DNA of 64,000 nt from Terriglobia bacterium. Lineage in GTDB: Bacteria > Acidobacteriota > Terriglobia > 20CM-2-55-15. The stretch covers positions 256,001 to 320,000 of the forward strand of contig CBDAOY010000005.1 of assembly GCA_965198225.1 (NCBI GenBank), given 5' to 3'. The translations under genes were made by a program, and so were the position numbers. Of this stretch, positions 51,145 through 61,500 are shown piece by piece. The notes under the pieces were generated by a model. It searched no databases and was not told the origin of the DNA. It was given only the letters and a program-made list of their open reading frames with translations. Position 1 is the first letter of the stretch, and each line of letters starts with the position of its first letter.

Positions 51145-52989
51145 CTAAGCCAACTGGCTCTCCACTGTCTCAAGCCGCGGAAACAGGTCGAGCGCTTCGA
51201 AGCGAATCCGCCAATACGTCGACGATTCGGCGAAGCGCCGCGACAGATCGAGGCGCCTTCTGGCTTCCTCGTGATTTCCTAACTTCTTTTCTATCAGAGC
51301 GAAATAAAGGTTCCCGAGAGCGTTGTTGGCGTGGGTATGGTCACACATGTTGGTGAATAGTCGATGCAGCATCCGCAGCTTGGTTGAACTTTCCAGCGCC
51401 CATATCTTCTCGTAATTGACCTTGTAATCCATGACCATCCAGACGTCTCGTATGTCTGCCCTTTCGGGAACAATGGTCGGATCGCACTCCAGCATGTTGA
51501 TGAAATCGTCGGCAGACATCCGTTCGTTCGCCTCCCTCCGGATCTGGCCGCCGGTAGAACCGACGAAAGGCCTCTCGGTTCCGTCGATCATTTCCTCTTC
51601 GGTCAGGAGGCCGGCTGCGAGGGCGTGATTCGTCAGTTCCACCCCCGGTATGAAGTTCAGCGGCTGGATCGTGTACCAATCGAGGCCCATGTCCACTCCG
51701 AGCTTCACGGTCTGCAAGACCTGTCCGATCGTCTCATCGGGGAATCCCACCATCAAGAGACCTTTCGCAAAGACGTTCGGAAATTCTTTCATGATTTCGG
51801 CGCACTGCAGGTAATGTCGAACTCCACTCGGCTTCCGGACAGCGGCAAGGATCTCCGGACTTCCTGATTCGATGCCGACGCTCAGCGCAACGCAACCGCT
51901 CTCCGATGCGGCCTGCGCGATTTCCCGCGTCATCGCGGAGGCGATGATGCCGTTCGACGCATCCCACGTCACACCGAGGTTGCGCCGCACCATTTCATTG
52001 AAAAGACCGACGGCCCGGCTCGCGTTGTAGAACAGGTCGTCGTCAAGCCACATGATGTGCCCGATCCCGTAACGGTCACGCAACAACTCGATCTCATCGA
52101 CGACGTTGTGGATGTCTCTCATCGAAACGCCGTACCCGTTGAAAGTTCTGACCGAACAGAAGGTACATTGAGCACGGCATCCGACGTTGGAAAGGACGGT
52201 CGCGGCCCGAGTCCTGTCCGCCCACAACCAGTGAAATGCCCCGATCCTCCCATGCTCCGGGGAGTATTGGTCGATGGGAAGATCGTGATAATCCGGAATG
52301 ATGTTTATCGATTCCGGTGTCTTGGGGGCCCGCTGTTCCAACGCGACATACCGCTCGCCGTCCAACATGCCAAGTTGGGTCAGCTTCTCCTTTCCGACGG
52401 CTCCATTGACGAAATCCAGCGTGTCGACGAAACTCGCGTTTCCTTCGAACAGACACACGATGTCTACTTGCGGGCAATCTCTGGCAACGATCTCGGCGGC
52501 ATCGGAGTTATGGGTTCCACCGGCGAACACGGGCATGGCCGGGTCGATGCTTTTGACATGGGCAGCAACGCGCTTCATCTGCCGGTAATAGACCGTAAAC
52601 ATGCATGTGAGGGCGACAATATCCGGGCGAAACTCCTCGACACGCTTCTCGAGCAGAAACCGCCACGTGTCATAGTCGAAAGCTTCCGGGTGCTTCTTGA
52701 AATTCTCCTGAAGCAGGAAATTGAGATCCAGGATGCTTATGTCGTCGGCCGGGTAGCCGCCGTTCTGTAACGCCCGGGACATGATCGCAAAGCCCGCAGG
52801 GGGGAAAACCGGGTATCGATTACCTTTCGCGACTTCAGGGTCGAAGTCCTCTTCCGGCACGTTGGGCGGGTTTACGAACAGGATCCGTCTGCATCCTTCT
52901 GGGAAAAGGCTCCTGAGCTTTTGCGCGACGATATCCCGGGGGTCCAGCTGTGTCACTGAACTCACGCGGGTTTGATCATTACTCGTCAT
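51145..52989 (-). CDS. Cobalamin-binding radical SAM protein
   Basis: B12-binding N-domain, GCRAQCTFC, GIESGS and GFPDET. Confidence 0.85.
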   Translation of the reverse strand: MTSNDQTRVSSVTQLDPRDIVAQKLRSLFPEGCRRILFVNPPNVPEEDFDPEVAKGNRYPVFPPAGFAIMSRALQNGGYPADDISILDLNFLLQENFKKHPEAFDYDTWRFLLEKRVEEFRPDIVALTCMFTVYYRQMKRVAAHVKSIDPAMPVFAGGTHNSDAAEIVARDCPQVDIVCLFEGNASFVDTLDFVNGAVGKEKLTQLGMLDGERYVALEQRAPKTPESINIIPDYHDLPIDQYSPEHGRIGAFHWLWADRTRAATVLSNVGCRAQCTFCSVRTFNGYGVSMRDIHNVVDEIELLRDRYGIGHIMWLDDDLFYNASRAVGLFNEMVRRNLGVTWDASNGIIASAMTREIAQAASESGCVALSVGIESGSPEILAAVRKPSGVRHYLQCAEIMKEFPNVFAKGLLMVGFPDETIGQVLQTVKLGVDMGLDWYTIQPLNFIPGVELTNHALAAGLLTEEEMIDGTERPFVGSTGGQIRREANERMSADDFINMLECDPTIVPERADIRDVWMVMDYKVNYEKIWALESSTKLRMLHRLFTNMCDHTHANNALGNLYFALIEKKLGNHEEARRRLDLSRRFAESSTYWRIRFEALDLFPRLETVESQLA

Positions 52990-53060
52990 GCAAAATCCTT
53001 TCCTGCTGCAGTGGTAAGTCCGATGCTTCCCAGTTCAGCGCTGTCCATCAATACAACCCT

Positions 53061-54044
53061 TCATTCGAGAGCCTGGTCTGACGATACGCTACCATGCTCG
53101 CAGTACCAGTCGATAGTCCTCTGGAGTCCCTCCTCCAGGGAAAACCGGGCTTGGAAACCCAGTTGCTCTCTGGCCTTCGTCAGGTCTACGAGTCGAACCG
53201 GAATCGTCGTCGGTTTTGAAGGATCGTAGATGACTTCGGCGGCGGTGTGCTGCGCGAGCCTCAGGATCAGCTCCAACGATTCCCTAATCGTAACAGGGTT
53301 GCCCGACCCGATGTTAAAGGGATCGAAATGTGTCCACCGCTCCATCGCTCGAAGCATCGCTTCGACCATGTCCGAAACGTAGACAAAGTCACGCACCGCG
53401 CTACCGTCGCCCCACACCTCGAACGGGTTCTGCTTCTCGACTGCACGACGGATCAAAGCCGGGAGCACGTGTGATGTTCCGAAGTCAAACTTGTCGAAAG
53501 GGCCGTAAACATTCGTCGGTCGGACGATGATGATCTTCCGACCGTACTTCTCGCAGTAGAACTGTGCGAGCTTTTCGGAGTATCGCTTCATCCATGCGGA
53601 CCCGAAATAACTGGGATGAGGATCCCCCGAAAAAGCTTCCTCTTCCTTCACGGCGTAGTCGACGGGTGGATACACGGTCGAGCTGCTTATGAACAGGCAT
53701 CGATCGACGGCGCCGGTGGCTTCGAGCATCCGCACGTTCATGATCAGATTATCTGTCACATGAACGAGCGGGTTCGTTGCAATCGCGTAAGCGCCGGAGG
53801 TGTTCGCGGCGCACAGGAAAGCATAATCGACGCCTTCAACGACCCGGGTGCAGTCCTCCGCGCGGGTCAGATCGCACCTCACGTAGGAAATGTTCTTATC
53901 TTCGACGACCTGATCCTTGACATGAAGGGTCGCCCGGACACTGGCGCCTCTACGAGCCAATTCCTGGACCAGGTTGGCTCCGATCAACCCCGTCGCTCCG
54001 GTGACCAGCACCTGTTTATCGCTGTAGAAATCGGACTGCCCCAT
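53061..54044 (-). CDS. GDP-L-fucose synthase-like reductase (Fcl/ColC-like)
   Basis: GATGLIG, SHVLPALIRR and VWGDGSAVRDFVY motifs. Confidence 0.75.
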   Translation of the reverse strand: MGQSDFYSDKQVLVTGATGLIGANLVQELARRGASVRATLHVKDQVVEDKNISYVRCDLTRAEDCTRVVEGVDYAFLCAANTSGAYAIATNPLVHVTDNLIMNVRMLEATGAVDRCLFISSSTVYPPVDYAVKEEEAFSGDPHPSYFGSAWMKRYSEKLAQFYCEKYGRKIIIVRPTNVYGPFDKFDFGTSHVLPALIRRAVEKQNPFEVWGDGSAVRDFVYVSDMVEAMLRAMERWTHFDPFNIGSGNPVTIRESLELILRLAQHTAAEVIYDPSKPTTIPVRLVDLTKAREQLGFQARFSLEEGLQRTIDWYCEHGSVSSDQALE

Positions 54045-54501
54045 TTTCGCCCTAAGGAATACCGTCCGACGTTATCGCCCGGTACACCGGCATGAAGTCG
54101 TCGTGGTACGGAGAGGCGGGGCTCAACAGCCTCTCCAGTCGGAGATCGCTTCGAGAGCCAGGTTTGATCCTTCGGATCTGATCGTACACGGACCGCGCAG
54201 TCGGCGATTGTTCAAGTGTTCTCCTCAGAGCGTTGATCTTCTTCCCGAGAGCGGTCGGATGTGGCCTGTAACCTATCGCAGTCGCCAGGTAGTCGGAAAA
54301 GGATGCCCGAAGCAGTTCACAGGCCGCATCTTGGCTCATCTTTGTGTGACGGACTAGAGCCTCCGTCACCGTATCCTGGAAAATCCTAAACGACGACTGC
54401 CAGTTCGGCTGCGAAATCCAATCCAGAAGATCCCCCTTCGTGAGCCCATGCCGGTGGGGTCCAGCCTGGCGAAACAGGTACAAGCGGTTCATTTTTTTCG
54501 C

Positions 54502-56046
54502 CTAGGAGTCTGCGCGGCAGAGCGCAAAGAACTCGGACTGATTGGGATTTGAGAGGGTCTTCGGAGGAGAATCGACCGATTCTTCCGATACGACGAGTTC
54601 AGAGTTGTACGGACACCCGTAATTGGCCGTGTATCGGGTCTGCCGGGTTGCGGTTTTCCGGATTATGCCCATTCGATCTTCCCGTTCATCCGTCGTAAGT
54701 TCACCGCCAGAGTGACCAGATTCCACTCCCCGGTCACTTTGTCCAAACCGCGTAGACTGAACTGTCGGAATCCGAGCACCGACTTGATCCACCCGAAGGG
54801 CGGCTCACCAATGTGCTTTCGGGCCCGGTAGCGGTCACGCCCACGCTTGGTTTTCATCTTTCTCATCATCCGACCAACAGCGGTGTCTTTGGGTGGGAGT
54901 GGGGCACGGGCGAGATCCTTCTCGCGACCCATCGCAACATACCCGTCAATCTGACGTTGTTCCAACATCCCCAGATTTGACTCGGATCGATATCCCGCAT
55001 CGGCCAGCACGCGGTCGGGACGCTCCCCCAGATTGTCGCTCAACGCATCCAGCGTGGGTTCCAACTGCCCCACATCCGATGCATTGTCAGTCACCGTTGT
55101 TGCCACGATGATCCGGGCCTGGGAATCCACCACCGCTTGCGCGTTGTAGCATTGCTGGAACCCTTCGGTGGAGGTCTTCATCATCCGGCTTTCCGGGTCG
55201 GTGAAGTTGTCCTGGGCCGTGGGTTTAGGTTCCCCCATGGGACGTTTGAATGGCTTCTTTCCGCATCCGGGTTTGTGATCTTTGGTGTTCCGTCCCGCTT
55301 CCTTGTCCGCGGCCATCTGACGTTCTTCGAGCCGCTTCATGGCCGCCTGTATCGTGGCCAGGCGCTTCTTGCGCGTGGCCAACCCGTCGGGCAGTTCGTC
55401 TCCGCGCCGGTCCTTGCCGTATCGCTCGTCTTCGTCCTCATCGGTCGCCTCGGCCCGGTTCAACAGATCCCGAATCTGTTCACCCAATTCGGTCTCCTGC
55501 TTTTTCATGCGTTCGTAGCTCATCGCTTTGCGTTTGCTTGCATTCGCCCGCATCTTGGTCCCGTCCACCGCCACGGTTCCCATCTTCACCAGTCCCGCTT
55601 CCCGCGCCATCATCACCACTTGCACAAACAGGTTTCCGAACTCCTCAAGATGCAGTTTGCGAAAATCCGAGATCGTTCGGTGCGCCGGAAAGTTCTCCGC
55701 TCCCAACATCCGGAACGCTACGTCGTCGGTCAACTTCGCCGCGATCTTCCTGGACGAGAACACTCCGGTCGCGTACCCATAAATCAGCACCTTCACCATC
55801 ATCCGCGGATCAAACGCCTGATTGCCCGGACCCTCGGTTCCATACCGCTGTTCGAACGCGCTCAAATCCATCGCGTCCACCGCGTCCGATATGAAGTACG
55901 ACAGGTGATCTTCGGCCAACCAATCTCTCAACGACGGTGGCATCAGCAGTGTTTGTTCTGGGCTATAAGTCCGATAGGTTCGTGCCATGACATATCTTCG
56001 ATCTTTATCCGCCCAATTCCGGTCCTTCTGCCGCGCAGACTCCTAG
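54502..56046 (-). mobile_element. IS1182-family insertion sequence
   Basis: TIRs ggagtctgcgcggcaga / tctgccgcgcagactcc with CTAG at both ends; intact transposase. Confidence 0.9.
54663..55988 (-). CDS. IS1182-family DDE transposase
   Basis: LMPPSLRDWL, SSRKIA, VDGTKMRANAS, TDPESRMM, LADAGY and FSLRGLDKV motifs. Confidence 0.92.
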   Translation of the reverse strand: MARTYRTYSPEQTLLMPPSLRDWLAEDHLSYFISDAVDAMDLSAFEQRYGTEGPGNQAFDPRMMVKVLIYGYATGVFSSRKIAAKLTDDVAFRMLGAENFPAHRTISDFRKLHLEEFGNLFVQVVMMAREAGLVKMGTVAVDGTKMRANASKRKAMSYERMKKQETELGEQIRDLLNRAEATDEDEDERYGKDRRGDELPDGLATRKKRLATIQAAMKRLEERQMAADKEAGRNTKDHKPGCGKKPFKRPMGEPKPTAQDNFTDPESRMMKTSTEGFQQCYNAQAVVDSQARIIVATTVTDNASDVGQLEPTLDALSDNLGERPDRVLADAGYRSESNLGMLEQRQIDGYVAMGREKDLARAPLPPKDTAVGRMMRKMKTKRGRDRYRARKHIGEPPFGWIKSVLGFRQFSLRGLDKVTGEWNLVTLAVNLRRMNGKIEWA

Positions 56047-56172
56047 CAGCCTGTCGGACTAACACCAAATCGAAAACCTAAGTCATTCATATGACGGTGT
56101 TTACAGTTTCGAGCTGAAAAGGGCCGTCGTTGAAAACAAAGGACTTACGCCGAAAGTCCGACAGGCTGCTAG
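56043..56172. mobile_element. MITE 3 (CTAG-flanked)
   Basis: TIRs ctagcagcctgtcggact / agtccgacaggctgctag. Confidence 0.8.
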
Positions 56173-56834
56173 CCTCGAATGAGAGCCAGACAGCCGACCA
56201 CGATTTCGGTAAATGCTCCATCCGAGAGAAACCGGGGACTTTCGAGGTCTCTGCAATCGCAGGCCTCGCGATATTCCTCGGTGCGATGAACGGAAAAATC
56301 CAGGACCCAATAGTCTCTCAGGAAGGAACTCAGCCTTTCGGCAGGAGTCTCCTTCTCGCACTCTTTGATGAAATAGCGGCCCAGGTTGTCGATTTCACCC
56401 CAGGCGCCCTCCTTGTCCAGCCCAAACACGACTGCCTGCCCCTGCGCGGCGGCATAGTGGGAATTGCTTTCGAGGAACTCGATACAGTCCCTCAGCCCGT
56501 CCGGGACGAAGAGGTCATCGTCGCCCAGGTATGCGACGTACTTCTCCTCAACCATGTCCGCCAGCCTTTTCACTACTGCATGAGATACGATGCCAGGATC
56601 GATCCACCGGTGAACCACCCTCAGTCGCCCCTTGAGCTCTTCGATTCTCGAAAGAACTCGATCGGTATGGGTCTGATCGCTGGAGTCGCCCAGGTAGATG
56701 GTGTAAGGACAGTCGACGCTGGCGTAGTAGTTCAACTGCCGGATGACGAAGTCGGAGTGGTTCTTAGTGGGGATTACGATCCCTAGCACTTCCTGAACCT
56801 GCAACTGGAAGTGGCGTCGTAATCCAGACAGATA

Positions 56835-58193
56835 CTAATCGTGCTCGATGAAATCATCGAAACTGCTGCAGACGCGGTCCGCGAACTCTTTCCCTAAATC
56901 GGTGATGACAATCGCGTGCTCGGAAAGTTCGACGATGCCGTCATCGACAAATTCACTCAGCCGGTTCTCCTCCTCTCTGAAATACTCTCTGAACCGGATC
57001 CCGTACCTTTCTTCGATATCCCGGTACTCGAGGTGGAAGTAGCCGCGCAACGCGCTGATGACGTCCCGGCGGATCTGATCATCCTGGCTCATCTGGTATC
57101 CACGGTAGATCGGGAACCTCCCTTCCTCCAGAGCGGCTCCATACTCGGACTCTTCGTAGGAATTCTGAGAGTAGAAGCGCCCACCGAGGTTGCTGTAGCT
57201 GTGCACTCCGAGCCCGAGCATATCGGGGCATTCTCCAGGGGTGTAGCCCAGAGAATTCCACTGCATCTTCCCCTGTTCCATCGATTTCGCCACCGCATCG
57301 GAAGGTTTTGCGAAATGATCGTAGCCGGTTCGGACGTACCCGCCTTTCTCGAGAGTCTCCAGAGCCGTTAGAAACAGCACCTTCCTTTCGTAGGAATTCG
57401 GGAGCTCGCCATCCCTTTTCATGAGCTTCTGGTGCGGCGCAAATCCCGGGGAGTAGTGAAGGTAGTTGAAACAGACACGGTCGGGCGACATTTCCACGAC
57501 CGTCTCCATGGTCTTTCGCATCGTTTCCGGAGTCTGCTTGGGCAAGCCACAGATGACGTCGAAATTCACGCTGTGGAAATACTGTCGGACATCGGGGGTC
57601 AGCAGGTCTGCTGCCAGGTGAGCCGGCTGCACCCGGTTGATTGCTTCCTGCACGGCAGGATCAAAGTCCTGTATGCCGAAAGAGATCCTGTCGATTCCTA
57701 CCTCATGGTAGAACTTCAGCATCTCCTTATCGATCCGTCGCGGGTCGATTTCAATCGAGAACTCTCTCAGGTTCTCGATGTCGACGATGGATCCGAGTTT
57801 GTCGACCATGTCTGTGACGTCGCTCTTGCGCAGGAAGGTCGGCGAACCGCCCCCGAGGTGGATTTCCCGGATATCGGGAGTGATGGCATGCTCCTCGAAA
57901 AACTCCCGAAACAGGTCTATCTCTCGGTAGAGGAAGCTCAGGTAGTTCGTCGCCTTGTCGTAGTTCCGCGTGATGGATATGTGGCAGGTACAGAACCAAC
58001 ACAGCTGTTCGCAGTACGGAATGTGGACGTACAGCAGTATCGGTCTGCGGGTCGAGCCTGACAGTGTTTCGAGCGCACTCCTGAAGCGGTCGTCCGTGAA
58101 GTCGGTCGACCAGAATTTCTTGTGAGGGTACTCCGTATACATGAGCGCCCTCTCGCCATACTTTGTCGCCAGATCGATTTCGAGTTCGCTCAA
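56835..58193 (-). CDS. HemN-like radical SAM protein
   Basis: YTEYP, LYVHIPYCEQLCWFCTC, GGGSPT and YDHFAKP motifs. Confidence 0.85.
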   Translation of the reverse strand: MSELEIDLATKYGERALMYTEYPHKKFWSTDFTDDRFRSALETLSGSTRRPILLYVHIPYCEQLCWFCTCHISITRNYDKATNYLSFLYREIDLFREFFEEHAITPDIREIHLGGGSPTFLRKSDVTDMVDKLGSIVDIENLREFSIEIDPRRIDKEMLKFYHEVGIDRISFGIQDFDPAVQEAINRVQPAHLAADLLTPDVRQYFHSVNFDVICGLPKQTPETMRKTMETVVEMSPDRVCFNYLHYSPGFAPHQKLMKRDGELPNSYERKVLFLTALETLEKGGYVRTGYDHFAKPSDAVAKSMEQGKMQWNSLGYTPGECPDMLGLGVHSYSNLGGRFYSQNSYEESEYGAALEEGRFPIYRGYQMSQDDQIRRDVISALRGYFHLEYRDIEERYGIRFREYFREEENRLSEFVDDGIVELSEHAIVITDLGKEFADRVCSSFDDFIEHD

Positions 58194-58222
58194 GGATCTT
58201 TCCCTTTTGTTTTTATACCGGC

Positions 58223-58846
58223 TTAACGCTCGTCGGGGCGAGCCCCCTCCGAACGTCCGGCCTCATAGCCTTCATCTAGAGTCATGATCTTTTCGCGTGC
58301 GAGCAACACGCCGGCCACGCTTCCAAGGCTCTGCAGCCGTCCGGTCTCGATCATGGTCGAAACCCGATCGAGCGAGGCTCGCACCACGTCGATGAATTCC
58401 GTCTGGTCCAGTCGTTGTTCCGAGGTACACCGCGAGTCCAGCGCCATGAACAAGTATACCGGGTATTCATGCGAAGTCGGATGGGCTGAAAGGCTTGCCA
58501 GTTCGACCCACCGATCCGACGAGTAACCGGTTTCTTCACGAAGTTCTCTCTGCGCGGCTTCCAGCGGCGTTCGGTCCTCGGGGGAAACATATCCGCCCGG
58601 AATCTCGGTTAGCGTTCGACCCGCGCCATGACGATACTGGCGGACGAGGACAACTTCCAGTTCCGGAGTTAGGGCAACGATGCCCACTCCGGGTGGGAAC
58701 TCGGCCACGTGATAATCGTCGATGGTGCTGCCGTCGGGCAGGCGGCATGCATCGATCCTCCAGTTGACCCAGCGACTCTTTTCCAGGTAGGTCGACCGGA
58801 CCACCGTCCACTTCCTCGTGTTCTCGCCGCAATCGTTACTCATCAA
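58223..58846 (-). CDS. NUDIX hydrolase
   Basis: Nudix box EIPGG...AAQRELREETG. Confidence 0.88.
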   Translation of the reverse strand: MMSNDCGENTRKWTVVRSTYLEKSRWVNWRIDACRLPDGSTIDDYHVAEFPPGVGIVALTPELEVVLVRQYRHGAGRTLTEIPGGYVSPEDRTPLEAAQRELREETGYSSDRWVELASLSAHPTSHEYPVYLFMALDSRCTSEQRLDQTEFIDVVRASLDRVSTMIETGRLQSLGSVAGVLLAREKIMTLDEGYEAGRSEGARPDER

Positions 58847-58915
58847 CCAAACCGTAGATAGCGCCGAGCAGAGTCCACGACTCGCATCGTCCGCCCGGGA
58901 AGGCCAGGCCCCGGC

Positions 58916-59674
58916 TCACCATAGATCGACCGCCTGTCCGGTGACCCTTACGCCCTCTTCAGAAAGCGAAAGAACCGTCTGAGCCACCTCATCCATCGTG
59001 ATGAAACGTCGCCGCGCATTCTTCTGTGCCATCAACTTCCGAACTTCTTTGGCGCTGAGACCGCGATCCTTCATGATCTTTTCCACGTTGTCCTTAAGTC
59101 CAGGCGTATCGACATAGCCGGGACAGACTGCGTTCACCATCACGCCGGAATCCACGACCTCAAGGGCCACGGACTGCGTGAACCCCAACACGCCATGCTT
59201 CGCCGCCGAGTAGGCACTAAGGTAGCGGGAACCTCGCTTGGCGGCCATCGAAGCGAGGTTCACGATTCGGCCATACTGTTGACTCGTCATCACGGCAAGC
59301 ACTTCCCGGGTCATCAGGAACACACCTGTCAGGTTCACCGAAAGAACACGGTTCCATAGATCGCTGTCCATCTCTCTGAGCAGCGCACTCGAGGTGTCTC
59401 CCGCGTTATTGACGAGAATATCGATCTTACCGAAACGCCTGTGAACTTCGTGAACAAACCGCCCGACTTCGGCCTCCGACGTCACGTCACACATGGAGCT
59501 CAAGACACCGGGACCGATCCCCTCTGCGACCCTCTCGAGTTCGTCCCTGTTACGTGCACAAGCCGCCACGCTCGCACCCTCGAGTGCAAACGCACTGCTT
59601 ATGGCTTTACCTATACCCCGTGAAGCTCCTGTCACGATGGCCACGCGGCCTTCGAATCTTCCAGAGGATCTCAC
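58916..59674 (-). CDS. SDR oxidoreductase
   Basis: TGASRGIG, NNAG and YSAAK motifs. Confidence 0.88.
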   Translation of the reverse strand: MRSSGRFEGRVAIVTGASRGIGKAISSAFALEGASVAACARNRDELERVAEGIGPGVLSSMCDVTSEAEVGRFVHEVHRRFGKIDILVNNAGDTSSALLREMDSDLWNRVLSVNLTGVFLMTREVLAVMTSQQYGRIVNLASMAAKRGSRYLSAYSAAKHGVLGFTQSVALEVVDSGVMVNAVCPGYVDTPGLKDNVEKIMKDRGLSAKEVRKLMAQKNARRRFITMDEVAQTVLSLSEEGVRVTGQAVDLW

Positions 59675-59755
59675 ACCTTCACCACGCCGATACCGCTCAG
59701 ATCCGCCGCCGGGCGGAGACTTTCGGCGATCCCTGTTTTGGATCTCGACGAGGAA

Positions 59756-60466
59756 TCAATGTAGTGGGATTGCGGTTCGGTTCGCATTCTTCCCGGGGAT
59801 GAAATCCACACCGCGCTTGATGTAGATCAGCTGACACAAGGGCCGCGAACGTTCAGGAGACACATTGGGGTATGAACCGTGGACTACACAACCATTCAAC
59901 ACCAGCATACCTCCCTTCCCTGCCACCAGATCGACCTTCTCGTACTTGTTCGGTGGCTCGACGACGTTCCCCGGACTCTCCCCGACATCTTCCCGGTAAC
60001 TCTTCACGGGCGCGAAGGGAAGAAGTCCCTCCTTGTGTGAGCCCGGAAAGATGAACATCCCTCCGTTCCCGGAGTCGGCATCTTCAAAGAAGATATTCGT
60101 CGTGATATAGGCGCCGTACTCGGCCTGGGGGTACGAATTGTCCTGGTGCGGCTGCCAGGCCTGGACGGCGTAGCGACTTCTCGCCTTCTTGAAAAGCATC
60201 TGGCTCATCAAGCCCACCACTTCGGTTCCCTGCAACTGCTCCACCCTGGAAACGATCTCCGGCCGCTTCATGAGTTGGCGGATCTCAGGCTCACTTCGGT
60301 CGAGATTCAAGATGGCCGAGTAGTCTTCGTCCGCGTACTCCTCGAAGATCGTCATCAGACGGTCGCACTCCTCCAGCGGCAACAGATTCTCGACGACCAG
60401 GTAACCGTTGTCGCCATAGAACTGAACCTGCTCTTCGCTGAGGGGACTGTTTACACCTGCGCTCAT
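59756..60466 (-). CDS. Phytanoyl-CoA dioxygenase family (Fe/2OG) protein
   Basis: HQD, PGSH and VHGSYPN..R motifs; start MSAGVN. Confidence 0.85.
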   Translation of the reverse strand: MSAGVNSPLSEEQVQFYGDNGYLVVENLLPLEECDRLMTIFEEYADEDYSAILNLDRSEPEIRQLMKRPEIVSRVEQLQGTEVVGLMSQMLFKKARSRYAVQAWQPHQDNSYPQAEYGAYITTNIFFEDADSGNGGMFIFPGSHKEGLLPFAPVKSYREDVGESPGNVVEPPNKYEKVDLVAGKGGMLVLNGCVVHGSYPNVSPERSRPLCQLIYIKRGVDFIPGKNANRTAIPLH

Positions 60467-60503
60467 GACTCCGCTTCTCCCGACATCTACCAACACGACT
60501 CCA

Positions 60504-61499
60504 TCATTTCTCGACTTCCGTCGAGGGGGCAAACACGTCGTATCGCTTGCCTTGATTCCTTCCGTTCTCCCTATACCACTCCATAGTAGATCGGATCCCA
60601 TCCTTCAGCGTTATCTTCGGCTTGAAACCGATGGCGGTGGCGCGAGAGATCTCCAGTACTCGCTCCAGATCACCGGAGGGTTTCGACGTGTCCCATTCCA
60701 CGAATGGCGGAGACGTCATGTTGCTCAGAATGATTTCCACCAGTTCCGCGACCGAAACCCCTTCGCCGCATCCTATATTGACGGGACGTCGCTCTTCAGA
60801 CCGCGCCAGGACCAACAGTCCCGTTGCTGCATCCCTGGAGTGGAGGAAGTCTCTCCGTTGGGAACCGTCACCCCAGACCCTCAACGGACTCTTACCATCG
60901 ATGGCGCGCTTGATCAACGATGGTATGACCATCGCGTTTTCCAGGTCAAAGTTGTCGAAGGGCCCGTATACGTTCGCCGGCCGGGCCACCGAGACGTCCT
61001 CCCAGCCGTACTCAATCCTGCAGGCCTCTGCCTGCAGCTCACCGATTCGTTTAGCCCATCCGGCAAAGCGGTCATTCTCGGACGGAAAGGTCTTCCAGAC
61101 ATCATCCTCGTGAAAAACTGGTGCCGGGCTGTAAACGGCCAGGGAGCTCGTAAAGAGAAAACCGCCGACGCCCGCCTGACGGGCGGCCTCCATCAGATTC
61201 GTGTTGAACCGGAGATGAGGAACCAGAAAGCTGGCTGGTTTTCGCGTCGTTACCGCGGGAGATCCCTTGACGCACAACAGGTTGAAGACAAAGTCAATGT
61301 CAGTGCAGGATTCCAGGCAGTTTCCGAAGTCCAGCAGATCGACCTGACGGAACTCCGCGTCCGTATGAGCCCGGGACGGGTCGTCCATCGACACGATCCT
61401 GACGCTGGCGCCTTCGGCCAGCAGCAACTCGACGAGCGGTATGCCGATCAATCCGGTTCCGCCGGCAACCAGGACGTTTTTTCCTCTGAACTCTTTCAC
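60504..61499 (-). CDS. GDP-L-fucose synthase-like epimerase/reductase
   Basis: GGTGLIG, RPANVYGPFDNF and VWGDGSQRRDF motifs. Confidence 0.75.
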   Translation of the reverse strand: MKEFRGKNVLVAGGTGLIGIPLVELLLAEGASVRIVSMDDPSRAHTDAEFRQVDLLDFGNCLESCTDIDFVFNLLCVKGSPAVTTRKPASFLVPHLRFNTNLMEAARQAGVGGFLFTSSLAVYSPAPVFHEDDVWKTFPSENDRFAGWAKRIGELQAEACRIEYGWEDVSVARPANVYGPFDNFDLENAMVIPSLIKRAIDGKSPLRVWGDGSQRRDFLHSRDAATGLLVLARSEERRPVNIGCGEGVSVAELVEIILSNMTSPPFVEWDTSKPSGDLERVLEISRATAIGFKPKITLKDGIRSTMEWYRENGRNQGKRYDVFAPSTEVEK

Positions 61500-61500
61500 C

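Larger units (their letters stand above)
54052..56804 (-). pseudogene. TIGR00180-like GT2 glycosyltransferase split by IS1182 plus MITE 3
   Basis: The 5' part IVIPTKNH...GDSS...GDDDLF (56169-56804) and the 3' part AKKMNRLYLFRQ (54052-54502) are in frame across CTAG. Confidence 0.75.

Noticed and set aside
40024-56172. TAG reassignment or readthrough, suggested by in-frame TAGs in neuB and the split GT
   Set aside because: Many intact genes here end at TAG at their expected C-termini (bamA, lysS, clpC, hbd), so simple nonsense mutation explains both.
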